DNA of 63,552 nucleotides, counting the filler, from Octopus bimaculoides (lineage: Eukaryota), in NCBI RefSeq assembly GCF_001194135.2. It is 7 parts of 7 records of this genome, joined end to end, with 100 filler letters (N's around TTAATTAATTAA, not from the genome) between each part and the next. Parts side by side here need not be neighbours in the genome. Positions count along the whole stretch, not along the records: positions 37,265 to 47,523 come from NC_068982.1; positions 47,624 to 60,689 come from NC_068989.1; 5 more parts are not named here. The stretch is one strand, 5' to 3'. The notes beneath the pieces are model-generated. The model did no database searches. It had not been told where the DNA came from and saw only the letters and a program-made list of their open reading frames with translations. The translations under genes were made by a program, and so were the position numbers. Positions 39,072 to 52,900 of this stretch are shown in pieces; the first letter of the stretch is position 1; the number at the start of each line of letters is the position of its first letter.

Positions 39072-39624
39072 CGCACACACACACACACACACACATACAC
39101 ACACACTCACGCGCGCACACACATATAGGCATTTAGTTAGCTACACCTCAGACAACTTTGCTGTTCACCTTTCATGGGTCATTAAATAAGTACCAGTTGA
39201 GCATTGGGGCCGATGTATGCTCTCCTCTAAATTTGTAGCCTTGAGCCAAAATAAGAAAAGCTAATGAATTATGAATTGTTGCTGTGGTGGTTGCAAAGTG
39301 CCATCTAGTGGGACTGAACCCGGAAGAATGTTGTTGGCAAGTAAACTTCTTACCAGCCTGTTCTATCACGTACCATTTCAAGGAATAAAGTAGTTTTTAT
39401 TTATTTATTTATTTATTTATTAACCTAGACAAAGTCATAGGAATTTGATAGTCTGCGCTTCCAGAGTTTGGATGAAGGAACGACATTTGATTTTGAGACA
39501 AATAGCATCTTTTTTTTTTTTGAATATATCAGAAAAATGGTTACGAAATTTAGAAGCTACTCTCCCTTAAAGGAAAGAAAATTCAAAATAAAAATTACCT
39601 CAAACAGAAAAATAATCGTTTCTA

Positions 39625-39780
39625 TTATAGGTACAAGGTCTGAAATTTAGGGAAATGGGATGAGTCGATTTCATCGACCCCAGTGCATAACTGGTACTTA
39701 ATTTATCGACCCCAAAAGGAGGAAAGGCAAAGCCGACCCCAGTGGCATTTGAACTCAGAACGTGAAGACAAACGAAAGAA
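39625..39780 (-). mobile_element. SINE family B partial copy
   Basis: atcgaccccagtgc...tttgaactcagaacgtgaagac. Confidence 0.75.
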
Positions 39781-40557
39781 TCTGAAATTAAGGGAAGTCA
39801 CAATTGAATCAAATTTATTGATTTTCAAAGATGAAAAGCGAATGACGTTCTAATTTTGAGATGGAAACAAGGAAGAAACGAACTTCGGACATTACAAAAT
39901 CATCGGCTTCCTCGTTCTACACCTGTCATTACTACATTAAAAAAGAATCGGAATAATGTCATTATATATGTAGGAGATATACAACGGATTCATGAACGAC
40001 GATCGCAACCTCAATTTTCACGTTAGTTTTCTTTGTTCACGGACTGTGCACATAAAATCCATTTGTTTAACCTGTCAGATTCGCCATCTTCTATGATTAA
40101 ACAGAAATAAATCGAGATAAACTCATTCAATTCCGATTTTAGTGACCTAGCTCGGCTTTAACACAGGTATGTATTCGTGATACCTAAAAAAGAAAGAAAA
40201 ATAAGCAGTAAAAATAGACGCTTCTTTCTGTGACGTTCAGACAGTTCCCTTCTGATACATTTAACCAGTTTCCTTCTGTCTTTATTTAGCCAAGACTTAT
40301 TTTGCACACAGGCGCACACGAGTAAATAAACTTCTAAAGCGCGAACTTAGAACCTTTTACTTTCCTTCTACAAACTATGATATAAATAAACTGTCATCCA
40401 CAAAACAAACTTTTCTTCTCTTCCAACTTATCGCAGCTGGAATAATGTAATAATTGAATATAATCTAATAAGTATAAACTATTTCTCGTCAATTTATTTC
40501 ACTTCATCCAAAAATTACCCACTTACCGCCTGTATATGTTACATGTCTGTCTACCTG

Positions 40558-40601
<44 letters not shown>

Positions 40602-40733
40602 CCCATATATGCATATATGTATATGTATTGATTATTTATTATATAAATATTGAGCGTCTGCTAATACTTTACATGTATCACGTCTTCGCGTTGTTGTTTT
40701 CTTGTGCTTGTTCTTCGTTTTTTGGGGGATTTA

Positions 40734-40768
<35 letters not shown>

Positions 40769-40769
<1 letters not shown>

Positions 40770-40915
40770 CGGGCTTCTTTCAGTTTCCGTCTATCAAATC
40801 CACCCACAAGGCTTTGGTCGACCGGAGGCTTTAATAGAAGACACTTGCCCAAGGTCCCATGCAGTGGAACTGAACCTAGAACCATGTGGTTGGGAAGTAA
40901 GCTTCTTAACACACA
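40769..40915 (-). mobile_element. SINE family A 5' half
   Basis: Reverse complement of the family A head and body. Confidence 0.75.
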
Positions 40916-41873
40916 ATATACATATGCAAATGTACACATACAAGTCACACACAAAATTATGAAAATTCTTAGAAATAGGCAACAAATATTTGGAGTGTAG
41001 TGGCGTTTAAGACTTTTCATTGTACTGTATTCTCCATTAACCAACGAAGGAGCCACTACGTGGTCATACGAACATCATATAATAGCTGAATGAATGAACG
41101 AATGGATGAATAAATGAGTGAATGAATGAATGAGTGAATGAATGAAAGATGGGTAGATGGATAGATGGCTGGATGGAATAGGATTGGACTGGATTGAATT
41201 AGATTGGATAGATTGGATTGGCTAGCCTGCTGGTTGATTGACTCTTTGTCGTTCGACATGAAGGATTCACTCAACTCAATTATCTGCTCCTGAATTAGTA
41301 TGTAATTGACTGAGCATTCCATAGACATATGTACCCTTAACGTAATTCTTAAACAGAGTCAGCGTGACATAGTGTAACAAGGATGTACCTTTGAATTGGA
41401 TGCAATCTATCCAGCGGGCTTCTATAGTGTTTCCGTCAAGCCAGTTTCACTCACAATACATGGGTCGATCCGCGGTTGTACAAAATGACATCTGTTCAAG
41501 ATGCCACACAATGGTATCGAACCTAGGTCCTCGTGGTTTCGAAACGGACCTCTTAACTACACTCTACTTATAGTAGCTAAATCTTCGTTTCATCACATCG
41601 TACCTTCTATTTCTAACACATCGAGCGACTGCGTAGAAGCTTGTTTTGGCTCGCATTTGAGACCGCTGGTATTAGTAATACTGTTGTCGTTTCGCTCCAG
41701 GTCAGCTTCTCATTGAAGTAAGACGATAATATTTCTGTATTTTAAAGGGTATCTAAAACTACCTTATCCAACAAATTCTTTCCTTATTTGAAGACGGTAG
41801 GGGTGTGTAACTTGGAGATATTTGGTTGCCATTTCTAGCAGGTTGATCGAGGAGCCATGCTGAAGTAAACGTT

Positions 41874-41913
<40 letters not shown>

Positions 41914-42304
41914 TTTTGTTTGGTTGGTCTTCAGGAAATATAACGTACATTTATGGAAAGAAACGTCTGTCTAGGATAACTTTGTCGGTGAGAGGCAAAA
42001 TGTCATTGGTGAGAAGGAAGGAGAGAAGAGAAAAGGGAGAAGTCGGAAGAGGAACAGGTTTAAAAGGGGGATAGAGTGAAGAGAAAAGGAGTCAAGAGAA
42101 CGAGAGACTGGAGTGTATGTGTGTATGTGTGTGTGTGTGAGGGAATGTAATGTTAGAGAGAAGGAGGGAGGCAGATTGGAGAAAGGAAGGAATGGTTTGC
42201 ATTCTCTTGAACTGATTGTATGTTTACATGAACAGGATCAAGGATTCGACATTGTTGTGGTTAATTTAGTCGTTATTATTATCTTCGCTGTTTCTAGTGT
42301 TGGT

Positions 42305-42339
<35 letters not shown>

Positions 42340-43839
42340 GATTATTGTTCCACTTGTTGTGGTTGTTCTGCTGTTGCTTCCGTGTTTCATGGAAAATTGG
42401 CTCCGTTCTCCGTTGTTCAACCAACACGTTTTTTCCACAATATTTTTTAATATCATCATCGTTCACACATACATACACAATTACACACTCACACACACAC
42501 ACACACACACGCACACACACACACACACGCACACACACACACACACACACACACTCCTCCTCCTCATCACCACCTCCTCCCACTCTCATCACACAAACCT
42601 CATTATTCTCAGTTTCTNNNNNNNNNNNNNNNNNNNNNNNNNNNNNNNNNNNNNNNNNNNNNNNNNNNNNNNNNNNNNNNNNNNNNNNNNNNNNNNNNNN
42701 NNNNNNNNNNNNNNNNNNNNNNNNNNNNNNNNNNNNNNNNNNNNNNNNNNNNNNNNNNNNNNNNNNNNNNNNNNNNNNNNNNNNNNNNNNNNNNNNNNNN
42801 NNNNNNNNNNNNNNNNNNNNNNNNNNNNNNNNNNNNNNNNNNNNNNNNNNNNNNNNNNNNNNNNNNNNNNNNNNNNNNNNNNNNNNNNNNNNNNNNNNNN
42901 NNNNNNNNNNNNNNNNNNNNNNNNNNNNNNNNNNNNNNNNNNNNNNNNNNNNNNNNNNNNNNNNNNNNNNNNNNNNNNNNNNNNNNNNNNNNNNNNNNNN
43001 NNNNNNNNNNNNNNNNNNNNNNNNNNNNNNNNNNNNNNNNNNNNNNNNNNNNNNNNNNNNNNNNNNNNNNNNNNNNNNNNNNNNNNNNNNNNNNNNNNNN
43101 NNNNNNNNNNNNNNNNNNNNNNNNNNNNNNNNNNNNNNNNNNNNNNNNNNNNNNNNNNNNNNNNNNNNNNNNNNNNNNNNNNNNNNNNNNNNNNNNNNNN
43201 NNNNNNNNNNNNNNNNNNNNNNNNNNNNNNNNNNNNNNNNNNNNNNNNNNNNNNNNNNNNNNNNNNNNNNNNNNNNNNNNNNNNNNNNNNNNNNNNNNNN
43301 NNNNNNNNNNNNNNNNNNNNNNNNNNNNNNNNNNNNNNNNNNNNNNNNNNNNNNNNNNNNNNNNNNNNNNNNNNNNNNNNNNNNNNNNNNNNNNNNNNNN
43401 NNNNNNNNNNNNNNNNNNNNNNNNNNNNNNNNNNNNNNNNNNNNNNNNNNNNNNNNNNNNNNNNNNNNNNNNNNNNNNNNNNNNNNNNNNNNNNNNNNNN
43501 NNNNNNNNNNNNNNNNNNNNNNNNNNNNNNNNNNNNNNNNNNNNNNNNNNNNCCCCCCCCCCGCCCACAGCAGATTCCAGTTAGTTATTCCACCAGTATT
43601 TACTGCACTCTATAGCAATGTGTTATACAACAGCCAGTATAGTACGTCTAGAAGTAAGTCAAAGATTGTGAGTAGAGTTCTGTAATGCTGGACTAAACGA
43701 TAATGCACAAAACTAAACACAATGGTTTAGTAACATGTGCAATGATTTTAGCGTGTAGTAGACTAGGTTAAAAACAAAGTGCAGTTATATCGACGCATGT
43801 CTGCTCTCTGTTATAGAAACAGTCGTAGAAGTAATAGTT

Positions 43840-44004
43840 GTAATAGTAATACTAGAAGTAGTAGTAGTAGTAGCAGCAGCAGCTACACTACTAGTAGTAG
43901 TAGCAACAGCTGCAACACTGGTAGTAGTAGTGTAGTGGTAGTAGTGGTAATAGTAGTGGTAATAGTAGTAGTAATAGTTGTAGTAGTAGCAGCAGCAACA
44001 CTGA

Positions 44005-44052
<48 letters not shown>

Positions 44053-44228
44053 CAACAGTAGCAACACTGGTAGTAGTGGTAGTAGTAGTAGTAGTAGTAG
44101 TAGCAGCAGCAGCAGCAATATTACTGGTAATAGAAGCAGTAACAGCAACAACACTGGTAGTAGTAGTGGTAGTAGTGGTAGTAGTGGTAGCAGCAGCAGC
44201 AGCAATGCTGGTAGTAGTAGTAGTAGTT
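43840..44228. repeat. Compound (GTA)n/(GCA)n trinucleotide array, resumed at 44815-45050 after a gap
   Basis: Directly visible, with the recurring sub-unit gcaacagtagcaacactggtagtagtggtag. Confidence 0.9.
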
Positions 44229-44814
44229 GCATGGGACCGAATTCAACCTTTTCTGGAGCAGTCCTATGCTAAACATGGCCATCCTATCTTTTATGTGAGT
44301 CATTGTGTATCTAGGACTACATTATCTAACGTGACCAATCTGTCCTCTTCTGTTTTTTTTGTTTCTTCTTCTTCTTAAGATGACAGGTGTGAATTGAGNN
44401 NNNNNNNNNNNNNNNNNNNNNNNNNNNNNNNNNNNNNNNNNNNNNNNNNNNNNNNNNNNNNNNNNNNNNNNNNNNNNNNNNNNNNNNNNNNNNNNNNNNN
44501 NNNNNNNNNNNNNNNNNNNNNNNNNNNNNNNNNNNNNNNNNNNNNNNNNNNNNNNNNNNNNNNNNNNNNNNNNNNNNNNNNNNNNNNNNNNNNNNNNNNN
44601 NNNNNNNNNNNNNNNNNNNNNNNNNNNNNNNNNNNNNNNNNNNNNNNNNNNNNNNNNNNNNNNNNNNNNNNNNNNNNNNNNNNNNNNNNNNNNNNNNNNN
44701 NNNNNNNNNNNNNNNNNNNNNNNNNNNNNNNNNNNNNNNNNNNNNNNNNNNNNNNNNNNNNNNNNNNNNNNNNNNNNNNNNNNNNNNNNNNNNNNNNNNN
44801 NNNNNNNNNNNNNN

Positions 44815-44853
<39 letters not shown>

Positions 44854-44902
44854 CAACAGTAGCAACACTGGTAGTAGTGGTAGTAGTAGTAGTAGTAGTA
44901 GT

Positions 44903-44934
<32 letters not shown>

Positions 44935-44974
44935 TAGTAGTAGTAGTTTGTTGTAGTAGTAGTAGTAGTAGTTT

Positions 44975-45009
<35 letters not shown>

Positions 45010-45532
45010 TTGTAGTAGTTTGTAGTAAGTAGTAGTAGTAGTAGTAGTCGTGGCGGCAGCAGAAGCGGGAGCTCAGAAATACAACGAAGAGCGCAAAATC
45101 CGTTGCACAGTAACATAATAATAGTTGAGTGTTTGTTTCTCCAACGTTATTGAAGTCCAACATGACGACATGTTGTTTGAATCGGAATGGGACCAATATC
45201 CTTTCTTTAAATCTTACGTAATCATATTCAAAGACAGGTGAAGTTTAATTTGAAACCCGCTTCCAACCACACACTACACACCACACTTATACACTGAAAT
45301 GAATATTTGTAATTCTCGATTCGGAAAAACAGAAAAAAAAACAAACAAAAAAACGGTAACGCTGTTCGATTCTATAGAGTATAATAGTTACAGCGCAATA
45401 GCGCAATAAAGTAGTTGCGTAATTGAATGTAGGTGTGGAATAGTACAGTACTACTACAGTACAGGACGCACGCACAGACACACGCCCATACGCACACATA
45501 GGCACGCAAGCAGAACTGTACATAAACAAAGG

Positions 45533-45603
<71 letters not shown>

Positions 45604-46974
45604 TATCTTCATAATTTTGAGTCGACACCGATCATTGATGGGTCTGTCTGTCTGTCTGTCTGTGTGTAAACTGAAAAGTACCATTGGTCCATAGCCGATG
45701 AAGGATTATGGATATTCTGTCATGTCTCACGTTTGTTTTTACATTCAGTATTACGTTATGTTGTTTGTTTATATATTTTTTCCTTTATATATATNNNNNN
45801 NNNNNNNNNNNNNNNNNNNNNNNNNNNNNNNNNNNNNNNNNNNNNNNNNNNNNNNNNNNNNNNNNNNNNNNNNNNNNNNNNNNNNNNNNNNNNNNNNNNN
45901 NNNNNNNNNNNNNNNNNNNNNNNNNNNNNNNNNNNNNNNNNNNNNNNNNNNNNNNNNNNNNNNNNNNNNNNNNNNNNNNNNNNNNNNNNNNNNNNNNNNN
46001 NNNNNNNNNNNNNNNNNNNNNNNNNNNNNNNNNNNNNNNNNNNNNNNNNNNNNNNNNNNNNNNNNNNNNNNNNNNNNNNNNNNNNNNNNNNNNNNNNNNN
46101 NNNNNNNNNNNNNNNNNNNNNNNNNNNNNNNNNNNNNNNNNNNNNNNNNNNNNNNNNNNNNNNNNNNNNNNNNNNNNNNNNNNNNNNNNNNNNNNNNNNN
46201 NNNNNNNNNNNNNNNNNNNNNNNNNNNNNNNNNNNNNNNNNNNNNNNNNNNNNNNNNNNNNNNNNNNNNNNNNNNNNNNNNNNNNNNNNNNNNNNNNNNN
46301 NNNNNNNNNNNNNNNNNNNNNNNNNNNNNNNNNNNNNNNNNNNNNNNNNNNNNNNNNNNNNNNNNNNNNNNNNNNNNNNNNNNNNNNNNNNNNNNNNNNN
46401 NNNNNNNNNNNNNNNNNNNNNNNNNNNNNNNNNNNNNNNNNNNNNNNNNNNNNGTAGGGCCAAAGTGGTTCGCGTGTTAGCTCGGCGACGGCCAAGGAAG
46501 AAAAGGATTATTGACCGGAAGCATGTGACCATGCCGGTGTAAGGGGAAGAGAGAGAGTGGCAGAGGGAGAAACAAAGGGAGGAAGTAGAAGAATAGGTGA
46601 GCAACGAGAGGAAAAGAGAAAGAGAGGAAGTACGAGGGGGAAAACAGAGATACGTAGTAGTAACAGAGGAAGAACGAGAGGGGTAAAGCGAGATACGTAG
46701 TAGTAAAGAGGAAGAACGAGGGGAAGAGAGAGAGTGGTAGAGGGAGAAACAAAGGGAATATATATATATATATATATATGTAATATAATATGTGACAATT
46801 AAATCGATTGCCATAATAAAGTCCGAGTTTCAGATGTCGGGGCGGAAACAGCCGGCATCTCGTCAGTTATAGAGGCAATCGAATAATTGTCACATATATT
46901 TACAGATAAATTCCTCTATTTACATAATATCGAGGTCTCATTCATTCTTTTGTTGTCTTACCATTACTATTAAG

Positions 46975-47044
<70 letters not shown>

Positions 47045-47623
47045 CCAAGAAAGTTAGAGGTTGTGAATCCAACCCACTAATGGATAACTGAGGTACTTGG
47101 CTGTTTCTCTAGGCTTCGTCAAAGATTTTATAAAATCAACCAAGTACCTCAGTTTCATCTATTAATTACTTCAGTCTACTGGAGTGATAAAGGTAGGATG
47201 AGGTACTATTGCCTCTTGGCTGAAGCAGCTGTAAGATATTATCCCAATTTCTATTACTATGTGTTATATTTTTATAATTACTGATATTTTATATTTTGCA
47301 TTTCATATATTATATATGTAGGACATAATATGTCATATATGTATGTATATTATTATAATTATCCTTTTAGTAAATAAATAAATTGACATAATATAATGTC
47401 TATAAGTTGATAAATACCACCTATTAATCCCCTCCATTTTCTTATTGCTCTCTTTCCTTCTCTCTCTCCCTCCCCCTCTTTCTCTCTCTCCCTCCTCCCT
47501 CCCTCTCTCTCTCTCTCTCTCTCNNNNNNNNNNNNNNNNNNNNNNNNNNNNNNNNNNNNNNNNNNNNTTAATTAATTAANNNNNNNNNNNNNNNNNNNNN
47601 NNNNNNNNNNNNNNNNNNNNNNN

Positions 47624-48230
47624 TGACATCTACCCGGGGCATTCGCCCAGTACCTCCATCACCTCCTCGGCCGTGATTGGCCCATCACAGCACTCAGTCT
47701 CTCGTGCCGAAAGATCCGAGCCGCCAGACAAGAAGTCCCTAAGGGCCTCGCCATGATCCAGCATCCCGCCACTCCCGAACAACTCGGCAAAGTGCCTCAC
47801 GCATCTCGTCTCGTCCATCCACCGAACACCCATTATCATCGACAAGAGACCTAATTGTGGCATCATTGCCACGCTGGGTTTCTACGGTACGGGCCCATCC
47901 GGCAACATTAATTTCCTCACGGCCCAATGCGCGCAATATAGCTCAGATTCTGCACCCCTCATATTTGGCTTTGAGGTGACGGTCCAAGGCCGATCTCGCT
48001 GCCAAAATGTGAGATGCAGAGCCCAACCTCAACGCCTCCTCTAGTTCCTTAACTAGTTGCCATTCTATTCTGGCCTTATCTAGTCTTAGCTGACGGCTAA
48101 ACCTAATAGACTCAAAACGAATGGCTCTCTTAACGGCGAACCACCATCGGTTATTAACCACAGCGCAGGTTAACGCCCTCTGTACTAACCCCTCAATCCG
48201 GCAACGGTGTGCCTCGCAAGTCATAATATA
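47624..48230 (-). mobile_element. L1/Tx1-clade ORF2 fragment (linker between APE and RT)
   Basis: Encodes WWFAVKRAIR..SIRFSR, GCRI-AILRAL, IRSLVDDNG, FAELFG and CDGPITAEEVMEVL. The stretch is GC-rich relative to its flanks and is cut by a gap. Confidence 0.75.
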
Positions 48231-48862
48231 CTTGTTCAGCTTCCAGTAATAATGGCTTAAATATGGGTCAATTCAACAAGTTAAATTAAAACTAATTAAT
48301 AATTTATTTAAATAGTTAAATTTAAATTCCTCAAAACTGGAAGTAGGTATTTAATATAGTGGTGAAGAACTAAAGAATAACTGCGAATAATCTATATTAG
48401 CGACATACGGAAAATGAGAGCCAGTGGATGTAAACATTGATGCAAGGAGATAGAAAAATCGTAAAAAAATGTATTAAACATGAGCTAGCAATACGTTGAA
48501 ATAGAGAGATGGAGATACAGTTGAATTATAAAAGGAATTATCATTCTGCTAAGAGATAGGTAAAAGTACACTGTAATTATAGTATGTATATATATAGATG
48601 GAGATAGGACCAGATATAAAAAGCCAAAAGAAAGAAACAGTCTAGAGAAGGTGGGTTTATAATTAAAAATATTAAAGCATTCTACCGAGAATAGAAAGAA
48701 AAAAGAAAGTAAAATGTCTAATTAACTAAAGTCTGGAAGATAGAGGAAATAATGATTAAATTAGGAGGTAGGTACTAGAAAACTGTAAAGGGCACATATG
48801 GAGACATGTGTCCACACATATGGAAATGCACATCCATACATACAAACATGGTACATAGCTGC

Positions 48863-48900
<38 letters not shown>

Positions 48901-49574
48901 TATGCCCACACAAGGAGACAGAGGTGCATACATATACAAACACACGCACACACACACACATATATGTATAAAAAACACACAAACACGGACATGCAAGCAC
49001 ATGAATATGCAGAATACATACATACAGATGCACACATATACATACATATATACATATGCATACACACACATATATACATACACACACATGCATACATACA
49101 TACATACATACATACATAGGCACACACATACATACATACATACATACATAGGCACACACATTGACCCACATACAAGCGCACAAACAAAAAGCAGCGCAGT
49201 GTTAATAACGGATAGTGAAGACTATTGAAAAGGTTACAATAGATATGGAGTTTATAATCATATAGTTATTAAATTAATAAACCAAGCAATATGAATAAGG
49301 ATGTGCAAAAATATAAATATTGATACAAATAAATGTATTTACATAAGAAATAAATATAATGGGAGAACTATAAAAGGCCTAAAGAGAGTATAGTACGAGA
49401 GAAAGGAGTAAATAAGTTATTAAACAATTTAAACATGCATGTAAGTATAAGGAAAAAGAATAACTAAAAATTACTAAAAACTACTCTATCCGTGTATGTA
49501 GGCGAGCTATTGCTTTCATCTCGTAAAAGGTTAAAAATATAAATGCAGATATAGATAAGTATATACAGATATAT

Positions 49575-49651
<77 letters not shown>

Positions 49652-50598
49652 TAAAAACATGGTATATATATATAAACATGGTCAAAATTAAACATAAAAT
49701 GGGAACCTTTAAGAGTGGTTTACATACCATAAAGCATTATGGGAAAAGGATTAGTAAGCTGTTATATAATTTAAGCATGCATGTTAGTATTAAGAATAAA
49801 AGTAGCTAAATAATATTTTATCTATATTTTGAAAATACAGATTTGGTTTTATGTATGCAAGAGAATTGCGTTCATCTCTGAGGTTAAGAATAGGGTAATT
49901 TGCAGAGAGAATAAAAAATTCTTCATCAAAACATAAATGACATTTTTTCATATTAATTTAATAGGAGTGTGCTAATCAATTTCTCATTTCAAACCGTACT
50001 GTATATTCCTATCTTTTAACTCCCAAATAAATTTACTTCGTCCTGTAGACTATTCTTATTAGTCTGTTAATCCTTCCAATATTTATAATAGTAATAGATT
50101 GCCTGAATTGTCTTCTACCTTAATTAAATATTAATAATAATTATACACACTTGAATTACACGCTACATACTAATTTTTTATTGATTTAATACGGATGAAC
50201 ATAATATCACAATGACATTTTTACCAATTATATCTACTTGAGTGTTTCTTTTAACACTCTAGATGAATATATTGCTATGTTCTTATTTTACATCTCCAGT
50301 ATATACAGCCTTACTCCCTCTTCTAAGGTCTATACCATGTTTTATCTTATGTTCTTTGTGTATAAATTTTTATCAGTTAACGTTTTGCAGCCGTTTACTC
50401 GACATGCAGGAATTGAACACCTATTTTGTATATCTTAAACCACCTCTGAAGTAATTCGACTTTCAATTAATTTTTAATTTCATCAATTAGTTTTCTGAAG
50501 GTCTAGAATTGAAATAGCTGGAAGGGATGTTTCTCAAATTTTTAATTAATACATAATCATTTAATAACCTCTCTATAGTCTTATCTTATTACACACAA

Positions 50599-50646
<48 letters not shown>

Positions 50647-50805
50647 GTATGTATATATATATATATATNNNNNNNNNNNNNNNNNNNNNNGTGCTTCTTT
50701 TAATTCCCGTCAAACAAATCCACTCACACGGCGGACTGAACCCGGAACCGACACAGCCACTCTTGCGCCTGTATGTATGTTTGTATATATATATATATAT
50801 ATATA

Positions 50806-52900
50806 TAGGCATACCTCGGCTTAAGTCGTTTCGATTTAAGGTATTCTCGATTGTACGTTGGTTTTCAAAAATAATATAAGGAAAAATAAATACCAAGTTA
50901 AGTCATTTTACTCGACTTTACGTCTGTCCACCACAAATATTGGAATCGTAAAATTGCTAGAAAACCGTTAAAGCACATAAAATCATGTTACTGTACAATA
51001 AATAAGAATAAAAGCATATAAAATCGTATTAGAAAACGTACAGTAAATGTTAAGATAAACGCCATAAAGTAGTGTAGCTTAATGAACGAAATCATGAATT
51101 CAGCTACGTTGTCTTATTTATCGGTTTTTCGGAGCTCTTATTGCACTGTAGTTCCAATATTTACCGTTAGGCGTCGCTGTCACTCGTGATTCCTACAATT
51201 GTTTTGAATTCAGATTTGTTTACGTCTGTTTATCGGCTCCTAAGAATATGTATAGTGAAATTGCTATGCATCATGCTATAACGCTGGAAGATAAACTGGC
51301 CATGATAAAACGCCATGAAAAAGGTGAAAAAGTGGTAGCAATTGCACGAACTTTGGGGATGGGTCGGACAACTATATCGACAATTGTACATAATAAGGAC
51401 AAAACTTTAGCACATATGAAATCTGAAGCCCCAGGGATGAAGAACACTGTGATCAATAAGAAAAGAGGCAAAATCTTCGAAGAAATGGAAAGGCCTCTTT
51501 CTCTTTGGATTGTTAATTTGAATCGTCAGCGTGCTACTGTTAGTCAAGAAATCATTCAAGAGAAAGCGTTGTCTTTGTTTGAGGACCTGAAGAGAAGAAA
51601 TCCAGATGAGAAAGGTGTAGAGTTCAAGGCAAGTCAAGAATGGTTCATGAGATTTAAGGAGCGAAGAAGTTGCCACTCCATTAAGAAGTAAGGTGATAGT
51701 GCATCAGCTGACGAACAAGCAGCAGTAGAATTTCCTAATGCATTAAAGAATATCATCGAAGAAAATGTTTTTTTCCCCGAGCAGATTTTTAACGTAGGCG
51801 AAACTGGATTGCCAGACCGTTCATTCATTTCAAGGAAGGGGAAAATTATTCCAGGCTACAAGGTCTCAAAAAACGTGCGACCATTATGTTGGGAGGTAAT
51901 TGTGAAGGAGATGTTAAGCTAAAGCCATTGCTTGTGTATCATGCACACACAACTGTGCTCTGAAGAAAATACCCAAGGCATCTCTCCCTGTTATATGGAT
52001 GGCTAATTCAAAAGCCTAGGTTACTGTTGTTGCTTTTGAAGATTAGTTCTTCAATCATTTTGTCCCAGCAGCAGAGAAGTACTGTAAGGAAAAGGGGATA
52101 CCTTTTTAAAATTTTACTTACCGTAGATAATGCTCCAGGTCACTCGCAAAACCTCGTAGATTTTGACCCCAACGTTGCCGTCGTATATCTTCCTCCGAAC
52201 ACTACGTTGTCTTCTGCAGCAGATGGATCAGTAAATAATTGCTACCTTCAAGCGTTACTATACGAAGCGTATGCTGCAGCAAGCAATAGTTGCAACTGAT
52301 CTTGATGAGTCCATCACACTTCGTGACTTTTGGAAGACATACGATATCTACAAGGCTTTACAGAACATAGCAGCAGCATGGAATGATGTGCTGAACACGG
52401 CTATGAACGGTGTATGGAAGAAGCTATATCCGCAATTCGTGAATGACTTAAAGGGATTTGATAACGTTGCCATCAACAAAACGTTGGTGACTACGAGAAA
52501 AGAATTGGAAATGGATTTGAAAAAGACAAGCAGCCCCTGACGAACGAGGATTTGATAGAGCTTTACGAACAGCAAAATAAGGAAAAAGAGGAAGTCGAGC
52601 CTGAGCTACGTCATTTTGCCATTAAGAAAATGCAGCAAGCATTTGCATAGATCGGAAAAAGTTTTTCTTTGTTCGAGGACATGGATCCAAATGCTTAACG
52701 CTTTTCCAAGATTATAGGGGCTTATCACGAAGCTTTTGCTCCTTACAATGTTATCCTTGAGGAAAAGAAGAGGAAGACAGTTCAAGGAACTCTTAACCCT
52801 TTTTTAAAGTGCCTCGAACAACAAGAACAACCAGAGTCAGCTATTGATATTAACGATCCACAGCCATCTACATCCGCGATGCAAGCCACGAAATTATATG
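50806..52900 (+). mobile_element. Tigger/pogo (TIGD1-like) DNA transposon relic
   Basis: Left end aggcatacctcg after a TA run resembles a Tigger TIR. The ORF pieces give a psq-HTH (ITLEDKLAMIKRHEKGEK), a CENP-B HTH (EEMER...IQEKA...FKASQEWFMRFK) and DDE remnants (IFNVGETGL, LTVDNAPGH, LPPNTT). The right TIR was not found. Confidence 0.88.

Noticed and set aside
42113-43685. 500-aa and 446-aa ORFs, and all other long ORFs containing X runs or YI/CV/TH/poly-I/poly-N repeats
   Set aside because: They are translations of N-gaps and microsatellites with no protein-like composition.
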